This document shows, piece by piece, positions 1 to 9,941 of a stretch of DNA of 64,000 bases. Both the position numbers and the translations under genes were made by a program. The notes under the pieces were generated by a model. The model was given only the letters and a program-made list of their open reading frames with translations. It did no database searches and had not been told where the DNA came from. The stretch lies in the NCBI GenBank assembly GCA_040220235.1, contig JAVJTO010000063.1. One strand, given 5' to 3'. Each line of letters begins with the position of its first letter. The first letter of the stretch is position 1. This stretch comes from Coleofasciculus sp. B1-GNL1-01 (GTDB lineage Bacteria; Cyanobacteriota; Cyanobacteriia; Cyanobacteriales; Coleofasciculaceae).

Positions 1-407
1 CAGTTGGCGGATGCAATCGCATGGATACGACGGTAATCAGTGATGCGGTGAATTTGGCGTCTCGTGTGGAAGGATTGACGAAAGAGTATGGCGTGTCGTT
101 GTTAATTTCCCATCATACGTTCTTAGGATTACAGCATCCCACTGACTATGCGATTCGTTTAATTGGTCAGGTACAGGTTAAGGGAAAAGCGGAATTAGTC
201 ACAGTTTATGAAGTCTTTGATGCGGATTCTCCGGAGATAAAAGCGGGGAAGTTGGCAACATTGCAACTGTTTACTGAGGCGTTATCGTTCTATCATCTCC
301 AGGTTTTTGAGCAAGCCGCACAAGGGTTTGAAGAGGTTTTACGGTTGAGTCCTAGGGATAGAGTGGCTCAACTTTATCTGAATCGGATTCGGGGGTGTGG
401 GGTTTAA
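1..407 (+). CDS. Class III adenylate/guanylate cyclase, C-terminal part (gene starts upstream of the window)
   Basis: Frame is open from the window edge (VGGCNRMDTTVISDAVNLASRVEGLTK...VKGK). DAVNLASR and VKGK are class III cyclase motifs, followed by a TPR-like tail. Confidence 0.88.
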   Translation, partial: VGGCNRMDTTVISDAVNLASRVEGLTKEYGVSLLISHHTFLGLQHPTDYAIRLIGQVQVKGKAELVTVYEVFDADSPEIKAGKLATLQLFTEALSFYHLQVFEQAAQGFEEVLRLSPRDRVAQLYLNRIRGCGV

Positions 408-410
408 ATA

Positions 411-654
411 GGGCTTGCTGCACAAGTCGAAAACCCTTATATTTAATAAAGGACTCTCAGGAGTTTTCCGGCTGAGGGAGTGCAAGAAAATAAGATAAGA
501 TTTGTGAAAAACCTAGCATCATAGCGAGCGAGACGCAAAGCCTGCGGCATGGCTTCGCTTAACGCACTACCGTTTTGTTCTTTCCTCCTGAACTCCTGAA
601 CTCCTGAACTCCTGAACTCCTGAACTCCTACTCAAATACTTATTCAGCAGACCC
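411..654. mobile_element. MITE with imperfect TIRs (GGGCTTGCTGCACAAGT / ACTTATTCAGCAGACCC) and a 6-bp target duplication TAAATA
   Basis: TAAATA at 405-410 and 655-660 flanks inverted ends. It contains an 8-bp tandem (GAACTCCT)n and a nested small repeat. The same termini occur at 28427-28639 and 32516-32727. Confidence 0.75.
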
Positions 655-745
655 TAAATAAAGGGCGGGTTTTACATAAAGGGCGCACATCATTGAATAA
701 AGGGCGCACGTCGGTGCGCCCCTACGGTAAAATACATTATTAAAA

Positions 746-3700
746 TCACCGCTCCATCGGTGTCCAATCTCCCGATAAAATAAACGCCGCCCAATAATAA
801 GGATGTTGATACGCTTCAGAGTTTAACATCTCTAATTGTGACTGACGCAACGCCTCAGTCCGTCCCTGATTGTCCTGCAATTTCTGATAATACTTCACCA
901 TTAAATCGACGGTCGCCGCATCCGATATTTTCCATAAACTGGTGACTTGACTTTCTGAACCTGCTAAAACTAACGCCCGCCGAAATCCATAGATTCCTTC
1001 TCCGGTTTCGATATGTCCTAATCCGGTATCGACAGCCGATAAAACGACCAGTTTTGTCCCCATCAAATTTAATAGTGACATTTCCTGGGCGGTGAGAATC
1101 CCATCTTCGTCGCCACTCCCACCCACGCGGAAGCCAGCAAGCACTAATCCCGATAGCAGTAAGGGATAATTTTCTCGGAGAGTTTGTACGGTTTCACTTT
1201 CAGGATTTGTTTCCAAGAAACCATGAGTGGCAATATGTAAAATAGAGGGACGATTTACCTGTTTTACAACGTTTTCTGTTGCCAGAGAACCTGTGAGTGG
1301 AGTAACCTCTAATAATTGACCAATTGCCTCAACTTCCTCGGCGGTTCCAGGGAGGGGAGTAAAGGTTTTTTGGGATAAGTCAATTAAGGGAATCATCTCA
1401 GATAGCGGCGTCATTGCTTTACCGCGAGGCTGAATCACTTCACCGGGACGCTGAAAATAGGGGTCAGCAATTAACACAGGTGGCTGTTGACTGGGAAAGG
1501 AGGTTTGTAGTCGGAGTAAATCTCGTCCAGAGGTTAAATAAGAGAATGAATAGGTTTCAATTAAATAGCGGTTATTTTCATCAACGAGAACTTCAAACGG
1601 AATTAAATTAAGCGTCCCATCGGGAGCAATGAGGATATGGCGATTGTTACCCATTCGTTCTCGCACGGGTTCCATGAGAACAGTATCCAATGCACGGGCA
1701 GATTGTTTAATTAGGGGAATCGGAATTTGGTTACCATTTTGGAAAAGTTGGCGAAAATCTGCAACTTTTTGATCAATTATCGCCGCTGCGCCTAAGTCAA
1801 TGGCTTCAGGGGTTCCTTGGGAGGATAGAATGTAAGCTGCATAGCGGGGTTCACCTTGATGATAATAGCGTACCAGTTCCACTAATACGGTATCTTCAGG
1901 GATTAATTGTTGAATAGTTTCGATGGTGACGGGTTGGGATTCAATCCGGAATTGTTCACTTTGACGAGAGAGTTGATTTTCCAATTGTTGCGCTTGTTGT
2001 TCTAGGGAGGCGAGTTGAATGCGGTAGTCTTCTGGAGGTAAAGTTATATCGTTTTCTGATGTTTTATAAATTAGGTTCGTCAGTTGTCGATAGGTATCCG
2101 CAAGTTCAGCTAATAACGCCTGATTTTCTGGGGTCAGGTTTTGACGTAGGCGTTGCAGGGTATTCGTTGATACATCTAAGATGCGTCCTTTGCGTCGGAA
2201 GATCGTCGTTAGGGCTAAGTTAGCGGCTTGGGGATTATTCGGGGCAGAATTGAGATGAAAGGAAGGAGCAAAATTGGTGCTTCCAGAAAGCGTTTGTAAG
2301 TAATCTCGTTTCTGGCGATTAGAACCAGCGGCGAGATTAGCAGTGAGGTTATATTCTTCGATATTTAATCCTTCTTGGAGGACAGTGAGGGTATTATCAA
2401 TGTCACCGAGTTGAGAGTAGAGAACAGCTAGATTATATAAGCTCATGGCGACACGAGGATGATCCTCCCCCATGAGGCGTTTTATTATCTCTAAAGATTG
2501 GCGAAATAGGGGTTCGGCTTCTGTGTAGCGTCCTTGATTTCGGTACAATAATGCCAGATTATTCAGGGAAGTTGCCACATCAGGATGATCCTGTCCCAGG
2601 AGACGTTTAAACATCTCTAAGGCTTGGCGATAGAGAGATTCAGCTTCAGAGTAGCGTCCTTGATTTCGGTACAATGCTGCTAGACTAGCCAGGGAAGTTG
2701 CCACATCAGGATGATCCTGTCCCAGGAGACGTTTAAACATCTCTAAGGCTTGGCGATAGAGAGATTCGGCTTCACTGTAGCGTCCTTGAGTATCGTACAA
2801 TACTGCCAGATTATGTAGGGATTGTGCTACATCAGGATGTTCTTGTCCCAGGAGACGTTTTCTCATCTCTAAGGCTTGGCGATAGAGAGGTTCGGCTTCA
2901 CTGTAGCGTCCTTGATTTCGGTACAATGCTGCCAGATTATTCAGGGAAGTTGCTACATCAGGATGATTCTGTCCCAAGAGGCGTTTTCTCATCGCTAAAG
3001 CTTGGCGAAACAAAGGTTCAGCTTCCGAGTAGCGTCCTTGATTTTGGTACAATAATGCCAGATTATTCAGGGAGGTTGCCACCCAAGGATGATCCTCTCC
3101 TAGGAGGCGTTTTTTCATCTCTAAAGCTTGACGAAAGAGGGGTTCAGCTTCACTGTAGCGTCCTTGATTTTGGTACAATAATGCCAGATTATTCAGGGAA
3201 GTTGCCACATCAGGATGATTCTGTCCCAGGAGGCGTTTTCTCATCTCTAAGGCTTGGCGATAGAGAGGTTCGGCTTCACTGTAGCGTCCTTGATTTTGGT
3301 ACAATAATGCCAGATTATTTAGGGAGGTTGCCACATCAGGATGATTCTGTCCCAGGAGGCGTTTTCTCATCTCTAAAGCTTGGCGAAAGAGGGGTTCGGC
3401 TTCCGAGTAGCGTCCTTGATTTTGGTAGAGTAATGCTAGATGATTCAAGCTAGTGGCAATCTGAGGATGTTCCTCTCCTAAGAGTCTTTTTCTCATTGCT
3501 AAAGCTTGGCGAAACAAGGGTTCAGCTTCCGAGTAGCGTCCTTGATTTTGGTAGAGTAATGCCAGATTATTTAAGCTAGTGGCGATATCAGGATGTTCCT
3601 CTCCATAGAGACGTTTTATCATCACTAAGACTTGGCGAAACAAGGGTTCAGCTTCCGAGTAGCGTCCTTGACTTCGATACAGAATTCCTAAATACGTTAA

Positions 3701-4108
3701 ACTATCAGCAATATCAGGATGTTCCTCTCCATAGAGGTTCTGATAAAGGGTTAGCATCCGTTCGGCTAAGGGAATCGCTTCACTATATTGACCTTGATGG
3801 TAAAGTTGTTCAACCTGTTGCTTGAGTCGTTCGGCTTCGGCTAAGTCATCGGCTTCATTGGCGATAAGGGATGGAGGATGAGGGATAGGAGACGGAGGCG
3901 GTGATTGACTCAGGGCGATTGTAGGGATAGATAGGGATAAGGTAGCTAGTGCAAGAAGGCAGGAGGCAGAAGGCAGAAGGCAGGAGGGCAGAAAGCTTAT
4001 ACCGTAAGATTTTGCACCTTTTTTAACTGGAGAGTTACTTCCGCTGCGCTGGTCTAGAGATAGTTCTACCATGAAGAGTAGAGTAGGTCGAGTATCCCGG
4101 TTTAGCAT
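746..4108 (-). CDS. TPR-repeat + CHAT domain protein (catalytic Cys replaced by Val)
   Basis: About 11 near-identical 42-aa TPR repeats (HPDVATSLNNLALLYQNQGRYSEAEPL). C-terminal CHAT motifs: LIAPDG, LHIATHG, LVVLSAVDTG, SLWKISD, HPYYWAAF. The start codon is uncertain. Confidence 0.92.
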   Translation of the reverse strand: MLNRDTRPTLLFMVELSLDQRSGSNSPVKKGAKSYGISFLPSCLLPSASCLLALATLSLSIPTIALSQSPPPSPIPHPPSLIANEADDLAEAERLKQQVEQLYHQGQYSEAIPLAERMLTLYQNLYGEEHPDIADSLTYLGILYRSQGRYSEAEPLFRQVLVMIKRLYGEEHPDIATSLNNLALLYQNQGRYSEAEPLFRQALAMRKRLLGEEHPQIATSLNHLALLYQNQGRYSEAEPLFRQALEMRKRLLGQNHPDVATSLNNLALLYQNQGRYSEAEPLYRQALEMRKRLLGQNHPDVATSLNNLALLYQNQGRYSEAEPLFRQALEMKKRLLGEDHPWVATSLNNLALLYQNQGRYSEAEPLFRQALAMRKRLLGQNHPDVATSLNNLAALYRNQGRYSEAEPLYRQALEMRKRLLGQEHPDVAQSLHNLAVLYDTQGRYSEAESLYRQALEMFKRLLGQDHPDVATSLASLAALYRNQGRYSEAESLYRQALEMFKRLLGQDHPDVATSLNNLALLYRNQGRYTEAEPLFRQSLEIIKRLMGEDHPRVAMSLYNLAVLYSQLGDIDNTLTVLQEGLNIEEYNLTANLAAGSNRQKRDYLQTLSGSTNFAPSFHLNSAPNNPQAANLALTTIFRRKGRILDVSTNTLQRLRQNLTPENQALLAELADTYRQLTNLIYKTSENDITLPPEDYRIQLASLEQQAQQLENQLSRQSEQFRIESQPVTIETIQQLIPEDTVLVELVRYYHQGEPRYAAYILSSQGTPEAIDLGAAAIIDQKVADFRQLFQNGNQIPIPLIKQSARALDTVLMEPVRERMGNNRHILIAPDGTLNLIPFEVLVDENNRYLIETYSFSYLTSGRDLLRLQTSFPSQQPPVLIADPYFQRPGEVIQPRGKAMTPLSEMIPLIDLSQKTFTPLPGTAEEVEAIGQLLEVTPLTGSLATENVVKQVNRPSILHIATHGFLETNPESETVQTLRENYPLLLSGLVLAGFRVGGSGDEDGILTAQEMSLLNLMGTKLVVLSAVDTGLGHIETGEGIYGFRRALVLAGSESQVTSLWKISDAATVDLMVKYYQKLQDNQGRTEALRQSQLEMLNSEAYQHPYYWAAFILSGDWTPMER
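2460..3760 (-). repeat. Tandem 126-bp (42-codon) TPR-coding repeats
   Basis: The unit gtagcgtccttgatttt/cggtacaat...gccagattatt recurs with a 126-bp period inside the CHAT gene. Confidence 0.9.
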
Positions 4109-4189
4109 CCTAGTCGTCTCCCTTGTTCAATCCAGTACAAAGTCGAGATGATTCATTCAGTTTATCTCTAGAAATGATAAAACAAAATC

Positions 4190-5005
4190 CACGTAGGGGC
4201 GCACCGACGTGCGCCCTAATTGCCAACGTGTGTCCTGATGTTTATCCTGGAAACAATTATCAACCGCGTAGGGTGGGTTAGGCGGGCTTTCAAACTGAAA
4301 CAGAAACCATTTAATCATCTGTCCGCCGTAACCCACCGATGTTCTGAGGCGAATAACTAATCATCCGGCAAAAAATGGCTTAAAAAAGGGCGCACGTCAT
4401 TAAATAAAGGGCGCACATCATTAAATAAAGGGCGCACTGAGGTTATGCGTTTTCAGTTAAAGAAACCCCTCACCCCCAACCCCTCTCCCACTCTGGGGAG
4501 AGGGGAGCAAGAATGTAGGGGCGGGTTTAGGGACTAAATTGGGTGGCTTAACGATAACTGAACAACAAAACCCGCCCTTTATTTAATGGCGCTTTTGAAC
4601 TCAATTTGTTCAAGGAATCTGTAATTTAAGCAAAGATAGGCTCGCATCCCTTACGACAAACTACAAACTTTTAAAAATTCCTCACCTGAACATCGGTGGG
4701 TTAGGTTGGACACTTAATTGAATGGTTATTCGCTTCTATTAAATGCCGCCTAACCCACCCTACGGCACTAATGTAAAAAATATCCATCTATTGTAGGGGC
4801 GGGTTTAGAGACTAAATTGGGTGGCTTAACAATAACTGAACAACAAAACCCGCCCTTGATTTAATGGCGCTTTTGAACTCAATTTGCCCGTGCAGACGTG
4901 CATTGGTGTCAACGTAAAGAAAACTCAAGGTATTGCGTTCTGGCAAGAGCTTAAGTTGACACCAATGGTGGGGGTGTAGAGACGCGCCATGGCGCGTCTG
5001 GGAAC
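4190..5005. repeat. Mosaic cluster of GTAG-type REP-like palindromes, including a 95-bp direct repeat (4514-4608 / 4792-4886)
   Basis: Contains GTAGGGGCGCACCGACGTGCGCCCT, GTAGGGTGGGTTAGG...(with an inverted copy near 4690-4763), GTAGGGGCGGGTTTAG...AAAACCCGCCCT twice, and GTAGAGACGCGCCATGGCGCGTCT. Confidence 0.85.
4901..4967. mobile_element. 67-bp mini-MITE with perfect 13-bp TIR CATTGGTGTCAAC and 3-bp target duplication GTG
   Basis: gtg|CATTGGTGTCAAC...GTTGACACCAATG|gtg. A related right end occurs at about 27125-27167. Confidence 0.75.
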
Positions 5006-5015
5006 GAGAGCCGGA

Positions 5016-5387
5016 CTATTCCCAGGCGTCGAGGTCTATGGCTTTTGAGCCACCTCGTTCTAGCTGTCCTAAAAGTTTACCCAACTGATACCACACTAAC
5101 CAGCCAATGAATAGAGTTAGGGGTAGGGAAATGGTGTAAGCCAGGAATGTGGGAAAGCTAAAAATTTCTAGCCCAGCCGCCAGAAATACACAAATTCCGG
5201 CGGAAATTCCTAGGAATGGGATGAATAATGGCAATCCTTGCATTTGAGCCAGACTGCGAGAGGAACGGTTTTTTGACCATTCCTGTACCTTTTGTTTCAG
5301 TGTGGCTTCAAACGCCGCACCACAGGTAATCCCAGCCAATAAACCCATCACTAACAATAAATAAGGCGGTTCGTGAAGATAATACAC
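5016..5387 (-). CDS. Small membrane protein of unknown function (about 3 TM helices)
   Basis: 123-aa hydrophobic ORF in a co-oriented three-gene run. Confidence 0.7.
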   Translation of the reverse strand: MYYLHEPPYLLLVMGLLAGITCGAAFEATLKQKVQEWSKNRSSRSLAQMQGLPLFIPFLGISAGICVFLAAGLEIFSFPTFLAYTISLPLTLFIGWLVWYQLGKLLGQLERGGSKAIDLDAWE

Positions 5388-5469
5388 AAAGCACTCCCAG
5401 CATATAAGTCCGATACAGCCAGATTGTACACTGTCCAGCCTTGAAGCGGTGACGTATTGAGTTATTGAG

Positions 5470-5874
5470 TTATGATTTACTTTGGCGATGTGACCGACGT
5501 GAGTAGACCCAAGCCGATCGCATCCAGGTCCAACCCAGGAAACTGCCGATAAAATAAGCGGGGAAATCTGACCAGGTAAAGGTATTCCCCAAGATAACCC
5601 GACCCAGTAACGTGGCTCGAATGGCTTGCAAAAATGGAGGTTGCCATAGTTGCAGAACCTCCAGCAGACAAGTAACTATACAGACGCCTACCGCTGTCCA
5701 CAGGGGAGACGCTTGGGGAAAGAAAAGTCCAACCAAGAGAATCCAGAAAATCTCATAAGCAAAGCTACCCAGTCGGTCATTCAGCCATTCCGGTGCAGGT
5801 GCGTAAAACCGCACCGCATACCCCAAAGGAGCAATGAGGATAATGCTGATGAGCAGGATAATGCGATATTTCAA
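5470..5874 (-). CDS. DUF2809-family membrane protein
   Basis: E..QLW.P..L..IR.T.LG...LG..F.W.D...Y..G pattern. Confidence 0.75.
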   Translation of the reverse strand: MKYRIILLISIILIAPLGYAVRFYAPAPEWLNDRLGSFAYEIFWILLVGLFFPQASPLWTAVGVCIVTCLLEVLQLWQPPFLQAIRATLLGRVILGNTFTWSDFPAYFIGSFLGWTWMRSAWVYSRRSHRQSKS

Positions 5875-5896
5875 AATAGGATAGTGGTCAACCTCT

Positions 5897-6424
5897 CTAC
5901 ACCCATGGCTTTAACTCAGGATTAGCACTCAACTCTAATTCTGGAAACGCATAAACGACAACGCCTGTATCGGGGTCATTGTCAATATTCACATACCCGG
6001 ACTTGACCAAATCGTTCAACGTCGCTTCTACTTCCGCAAACCCTCGTCCCGTATCGACAACCCCCTGAGTCACGGACAATTTACCGCCTCTCGCTTCAGC
6101 CGCTTTCACTAATTGAACAACAAAGGAGTCATGGTTTAAAGTAGCAGGAGCATGATAAGGCTGGACTAATGTGGGTGAACCAGAAACCGTTGCTTCTCCA
6201 GCGATGCGATCGCGCTTCCCATATTTGAGATAATGTTCTTCTACCATGCCGGGAATTAGAAACAGGTCAATGAATTGACCAACCCCAAATAATCCCCCCG
6301 TACAAAACCACAACAAACCTGTGCCAATCTTACCATTGTAGAAACGGTGCAATCCGGCAAATCCAAACAGAAAGCCGAACCACAACAAATAACTCCCCTC
6401 ACGTCTATTTATCTCCATTGCCAA
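5897..6424 (-). CDS. TM2/NINE domain membrane protein with a C-terminal winged-helix-like domain
   Basis: [47 protein letters not shown] is the TM2 signature. Confidence 0.85.
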   Translation of the reverse strand: MAMEINRREGSYLLWFGFLFGFAGLHRFYNGKIGTGLLWFCTGGLFGVGQFIDLFLIPGMVEEHYLKYGKRDRIAGEATVSGSPTLVQPYHAPATLNHDSFVVQLVKAAEARGGKLSVTQGVVDTGRGFAEVEATLNDLVKSGYVNIDNDPDTGVVVYAFPELELSANPELKPWV

Positions 6425-6660
6425 TCCTCCTCTTGGTTTGGTTTAGCTAAAGCGCTCTTTCCCGGTCACAGGCTGCATCGGCTTAAACTCCAGCGTGATT
6501 AACGTAAAGCCAGCCACTGTAAGTTGTCCTGTGGTTCTTTACACGCTTTCTTTCATTATCGCCAAACTTTGAGCGAAACGTTTTAAGTATTGACAAATGT
6601 AGGGACGGGTTTCACTATATCGGGGTTGCTGAACAAGTGTTGTGGTGAGGAGAGGGAACA

Positions 6661-6750
6661 CCTCGACTTACCTCGACTTACTTCGGACTTCGGCGTGAGC
6701 GCTCAGTCGAACGCTTCGCTCAGTAACACGCTCGGTAACACGCTCGGTGT
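6661..6750. repeat. Nested very small dispersed repeats
   Basis: cctcgactta cctcgactta cttcg[gacttcggcgtgagcgctcagtcgaac]gcttcgctcagtaaca cgctcggtaaca cgctcggtgt: repeated left halves, then repeated right halves. Confidence 0.65.
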
Positions 6751-7031
6751 GTCACAGGGAACAGGGAACAGTTAAGGTAGAGTTTTCAGTTCACTTACCC
6801 ATCTCCCTCATCTCCCCCATCTCCTGATAACAGATAAGCTGTCATGCATTTAAATTGGGTATTAGTAGCGAGCAAGATGCTCGCACTACAAGGTTTTCGC
6901 CGTTATTGATATTAAAGTTTAAACGACGAATGACGAATGACGAATGACGATCTCCACCGTTAACTTTAATTGTCCCCACCTACTTAACTGCTCACTGATA
7001 ACTGATTAACTCCCCCAGCTTCCCTAAATCC

Positions 7032-8681
7032 CTATTCCCACTCAATGGTTCCCGGTGGCTTAGAGGTAATATCGTAAGCCACCCGATTCACGCCCTTAAC
7101 TTCATTCACAATCCGATTAGAAATGAGTTCGAGTAAATCGTAAGGAACTCGCGACCAATCCGCCGTCATCCCATCTTCACTACTGACCAAACGCAGTACA
7201 ATCGGATAGGCATACGTGCGCTGATCCCCCATTACCCCAACACTGCGAATCGGGAGTAAAACAGCAAACGCTTGCCAAAGTTCTTTATAAAGTCCGTGGC
7301 GATTAATTTCCTGGCGAACAATCAAATCCGCATCGCGCAGAATATTCAGTCGTTCTGCGGTGACTTCGCCAATAATCCGAATCGCTAATCCGGGTCCGGG
7401 GAAGGGATGACGTCGAACAATTTCTTCGGGTAAACCAATGGAACGTCCCACTTTGCGAACTTCATCTTTGAAGAGTTTCCGTAAGGGTTCAACCAGCTTA
7501 AAACGCAAGTCTTTAGGTAAACCCCCGACATTATGATGACTCTTAATTTTCACCGCCACCCGTTCCCCGGTTTTGGGATCAACATTAGTATCCGCCGACT
7601 CAATCACATCGGGGTAAAGCGTACCCTGAGCCAAATAGTCAAAAGGACCCAGGATTTTGGATTGTTCTTCAAAGACACGAATAAACTCATGACCAATCCG
7701 GCGACGCTTTTCTTCGGGATCAGTCACCCCTTCCAGACGAGCTAGGAAGCGATCGCGGGCGTTAACATATTCTACAGGAATATGAAATTCATCCTGAAAC
7801 AGCTTCAGCAACCGTTCTGGCTCCAGTTTTCGCATGAAGCCTTGGTCAATAAACATACAGGTCAATTGGTCGCCAATCGCCTTATGTAATAAGAAGGCTA
7901 GGGTTGAGGAATCCACACCTCCAGACAGAGCCAGCAATACTCGTTTATCTCCCACCTTGGCGCGAATTTCGCGAATGGCTTCCTCGACAAAGGCTTCCGT
8001 CGTCCAAGTGGGTTCGCAGTCGCAGATGTGATAAACAAAATTGCGAATTAACGCGATACCCCCAACCGAATGCACGACTTCCGGGTGAAACTGCACCCCA
8101 TAGAGCTGCTTCTGGTGATCCGCGATCGCGGCGCAAGGAGTATTATCGGTATGGGCTAGGACTTCAAAGCCGTCTGGCAATTCCTGACAGGAATCTGCAT
8201 GACTCATCCACATAGTTGAGTTTTCTTCCACGTTCGTCAACAAGTCCGTGGGATCATCGATATGCAGCGAGGCTTTGCCATACTCTCCCCGTTGAGAGCG
8301 AGTTACTTTCCCACCTAGTTGCTGTACCATTAACTGCATCCCATAGCAAACCCCCAAGATAGGGATACCTAGATGCAAAATTTCGGGATCACACTGAGGC
8401 GCCGCCTCATCGTAGACGGAATTCGGACCTCCCGATAGAATAATTCCTTTGGGACTCAGTTGTCGGAGTTTTTCAGCGCTGGTGCGATAGGAGATAACTT
8501 CCGAATAAACCTGAGTTTCGCGGATACGACGAGCGATGAGTTCTGAATATTGAGAGCCAAAATCCAGAATCACAATCATCTGGCGATGTAACTGGTTTTG
8601 TAGAGTGGTTGTGGGTAATATCTCTACTGGTTGAGATGCGTTTCCTGTTGGTCTAGTCACTGCTTTGTCCTGTAAGCGCAA
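7032..8681 (-). CDS. guaA: GMP synthase (glutamine-hydrolysing)
   Basis: [35 protein letters not shown] and the [10 protein letters not shown]-terminus. The true start is probably a few codons downstream (GTG near 8660). Confidence 0.98.
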   Translation of the reverse strand: MRLQDKAVTRPTGNASQPVEILPTTTLQNQLHRQMIVILDFGSQYSELIARRIRETQVYSEVISYRTSAEKLRQLSPKGIILSGGPNSVYDEAAPQCDPEILHLGIPILGVCYGMQLMVQQLGGKVTRSQRGEYGKASLHIDDPTDLLTNVEENSTMWMSHADSCQELPDGFEVLAHTDNTPCAAIADHQKQLYGVQFHPEVVHSVGGIALIRNFVYHICDCEPTWTTEAFVEEAIREIRAKVGDKRVLLALSGGVDSSTLAFLLHKAIGDQLTCMFIDQGFMRKLEPERLLKLFQDEFHIPVEYVNARDRFLARLEGVTDPEEKRRRIGHEFIRVFEEQSKILGPFDYLAQGTLYPDVIESADTNVDPKTGERVAVKIKSHHNVGGLPKDLRFKLVEPLRKLFKDEVRKVGRSIGLPEEIVRRHPFPGPGLAIRIIGEVTAERLNILRDADLIVRQEINRHGLYKELWQAFAVLLPIRSVGVMGDQRTYAYPIVLRLVSSEDGMTADWSRVPYDLLELISNRIVNEVKGVNRVAYDITSKPPGTIEWE

Positions 8682-8786
8682 TTTGAGTAAGATAAGGATA
8701 TATCTCGCTGAGCAAGTCTGCTACTGATCAGCGAGAATCTATTGGTTTAACCGATGGAGCCAAGCTTTATAGATATTCTTACCAAC

Positions 8787-9899
8787 TTAACATAATTGCG
8801 ACAGTAATGTGGCTCCCGTGGGGCTAGTGACGATGACTTGGCGGTTGCGATCAAATAACAGGGAACCGACTCGTACTTCTTGCTGGCTATGCTTATAAAT
8901 ATAGTCTTGGCTACGTTTATCTATCGTAGACGCGATCGCCCTATAAATCTGATTCACCCAATCACTCCCCTCCTTAGCATCCAATTGCCGCAAATAGGTT
9001 AGCGCGGCTTCGGTGGTGGGACTGGTAAAAACTGCCTGTAAAATCGGCGTGGGTAATCCCACTTGAGCGCCATGAGCGGTGAGAATTTCTAAGCGTCCAT
9101 CGGCTAAGTGATGATGGGTGTGAAAAATGCCTCCCGCTAACTTAATCAGCTTACCATGATACCCGAATAATAAAAGTCCGGGGATTTCCTGCAATCCCGC
9201 CGCCACTAATAAGGGACCGAGCCAATTTGCCGTTTTAACTAATTGTTCGGGATTAATTCCCATCTGTCGCGCCAAACTTAACCCATTTTCTCCCACACAG
9301 AAGACTAAACAATCAAAACAGAGGGCTTTAATTTGCAGTTGTTCGCGATAAGCTTGCAGTTGATCAGGAGCGCTTAACGGTTGAGAAATACCTGTCGTTC
9401 CCAACAATGATAATCCTTCTAGCACACCAAATGCAGCATTCGATGTCCGTTCTGCCAGTTTGCGTCCTTCGGGTAAAATAATTGTCACCTGAATTTTCTC
9501 ATCGGGAGCAAGTAAGCGACTGAGATTCTTTTCTAATAACGTCTCAGCATAGCCATAAATTGCCGCTTTTCCTGCGGCATTTAATTGTCGCCCAATTCCT
9601 TCACCGCCGACTATCTGTACCCGTTCGCTTTGCTCAGATTGTCCCCATTCCACAACTGCCCAAATCGGAGTATTTCGGGTTAGATCAATGTTATCCCCCG
9701 GATCACTGCGGGTAATTGCCAACGCCATTCCTGGGTGAATTCCGGCGACTTGCTCAATCGGAATTTCTGCCGTTTCTTGAGGTTCAATTAAATCTACAGA
9801 TACGGTATCTAGGGGTTTAGCTTGGCGCAACCACTGCAACGCCGCAATAGCGGAAGCACAAGCAAAGACGGGTAGAGTATATCCAGATCTTATTGACAT
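8787..9899 (-). CDS. cbiD: Cobalt-precorrin-5B C1-methyltransferase
   Basis: RSGYTLPVFACA, SDPGD.DLT, GGEGIG, RTSNAAFGVLEGLSLLGTTG, GYHGKLIKLAGGIFHTH. Confidence 0.95.
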   Translation of the reverse strand: MSIRSGYTLPVFACASAIAALQWLRQAKPLDTVSVDLIEPQETAEIPIEQVAGIHPGMALAITRSDPGDNIDLTRNTPIWAVVEWGQSEQSERVQIVGGEGIGRQLNAAGKAAIYGYAETLLEKNLSRLLAPDEKIQVTIILPEGRKLAERTSNAAFGVLEGLSLLGTTGISQPLSAPDQLQAYREQLQIKALCFDCLVFCVGENGLSLARQMGINPEQLVKTANWLGPLLVAAGLQEIPGLLLFGYHGKLIKLAGGIFHTHHHLADGRLEILTAHGAQVGLPTPILQAVFTSPTTEAALTYLRQLDAKEGSDWVNQIYRAIASTIDKRSQDYIYKHSQQEVRVGSLLFDRNRQVIVTSPTGATLLSQLC

Positions 9900-9941
9900 G
9901 GTAGATCATTAGATTCTGCACTTGGAGCCTTAAATAAGACG

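Noticed and set aside
584..630. Short tandem arrays here and at about 6925, 18280, 28455, 34260-34400, 54600 and 56031 considered as CRISPR
   Set aside because: Units are 7-12 bp with no unique spacers and no cas genes nearby; they are STRR-type repeats.
2824..3453. 209-aa + strand ORF with internal repeats
   Set aside because: Antisense shadow of the 126-bp TPR repeats.
2460..3760. Near-identical TPR repeats considered as a diversity-generating retroelement TR/VR pair
   Set aside because: No reverse transcriptase in the window, the repeats are tandem and in-frame, and the differences are not adenine-specific.
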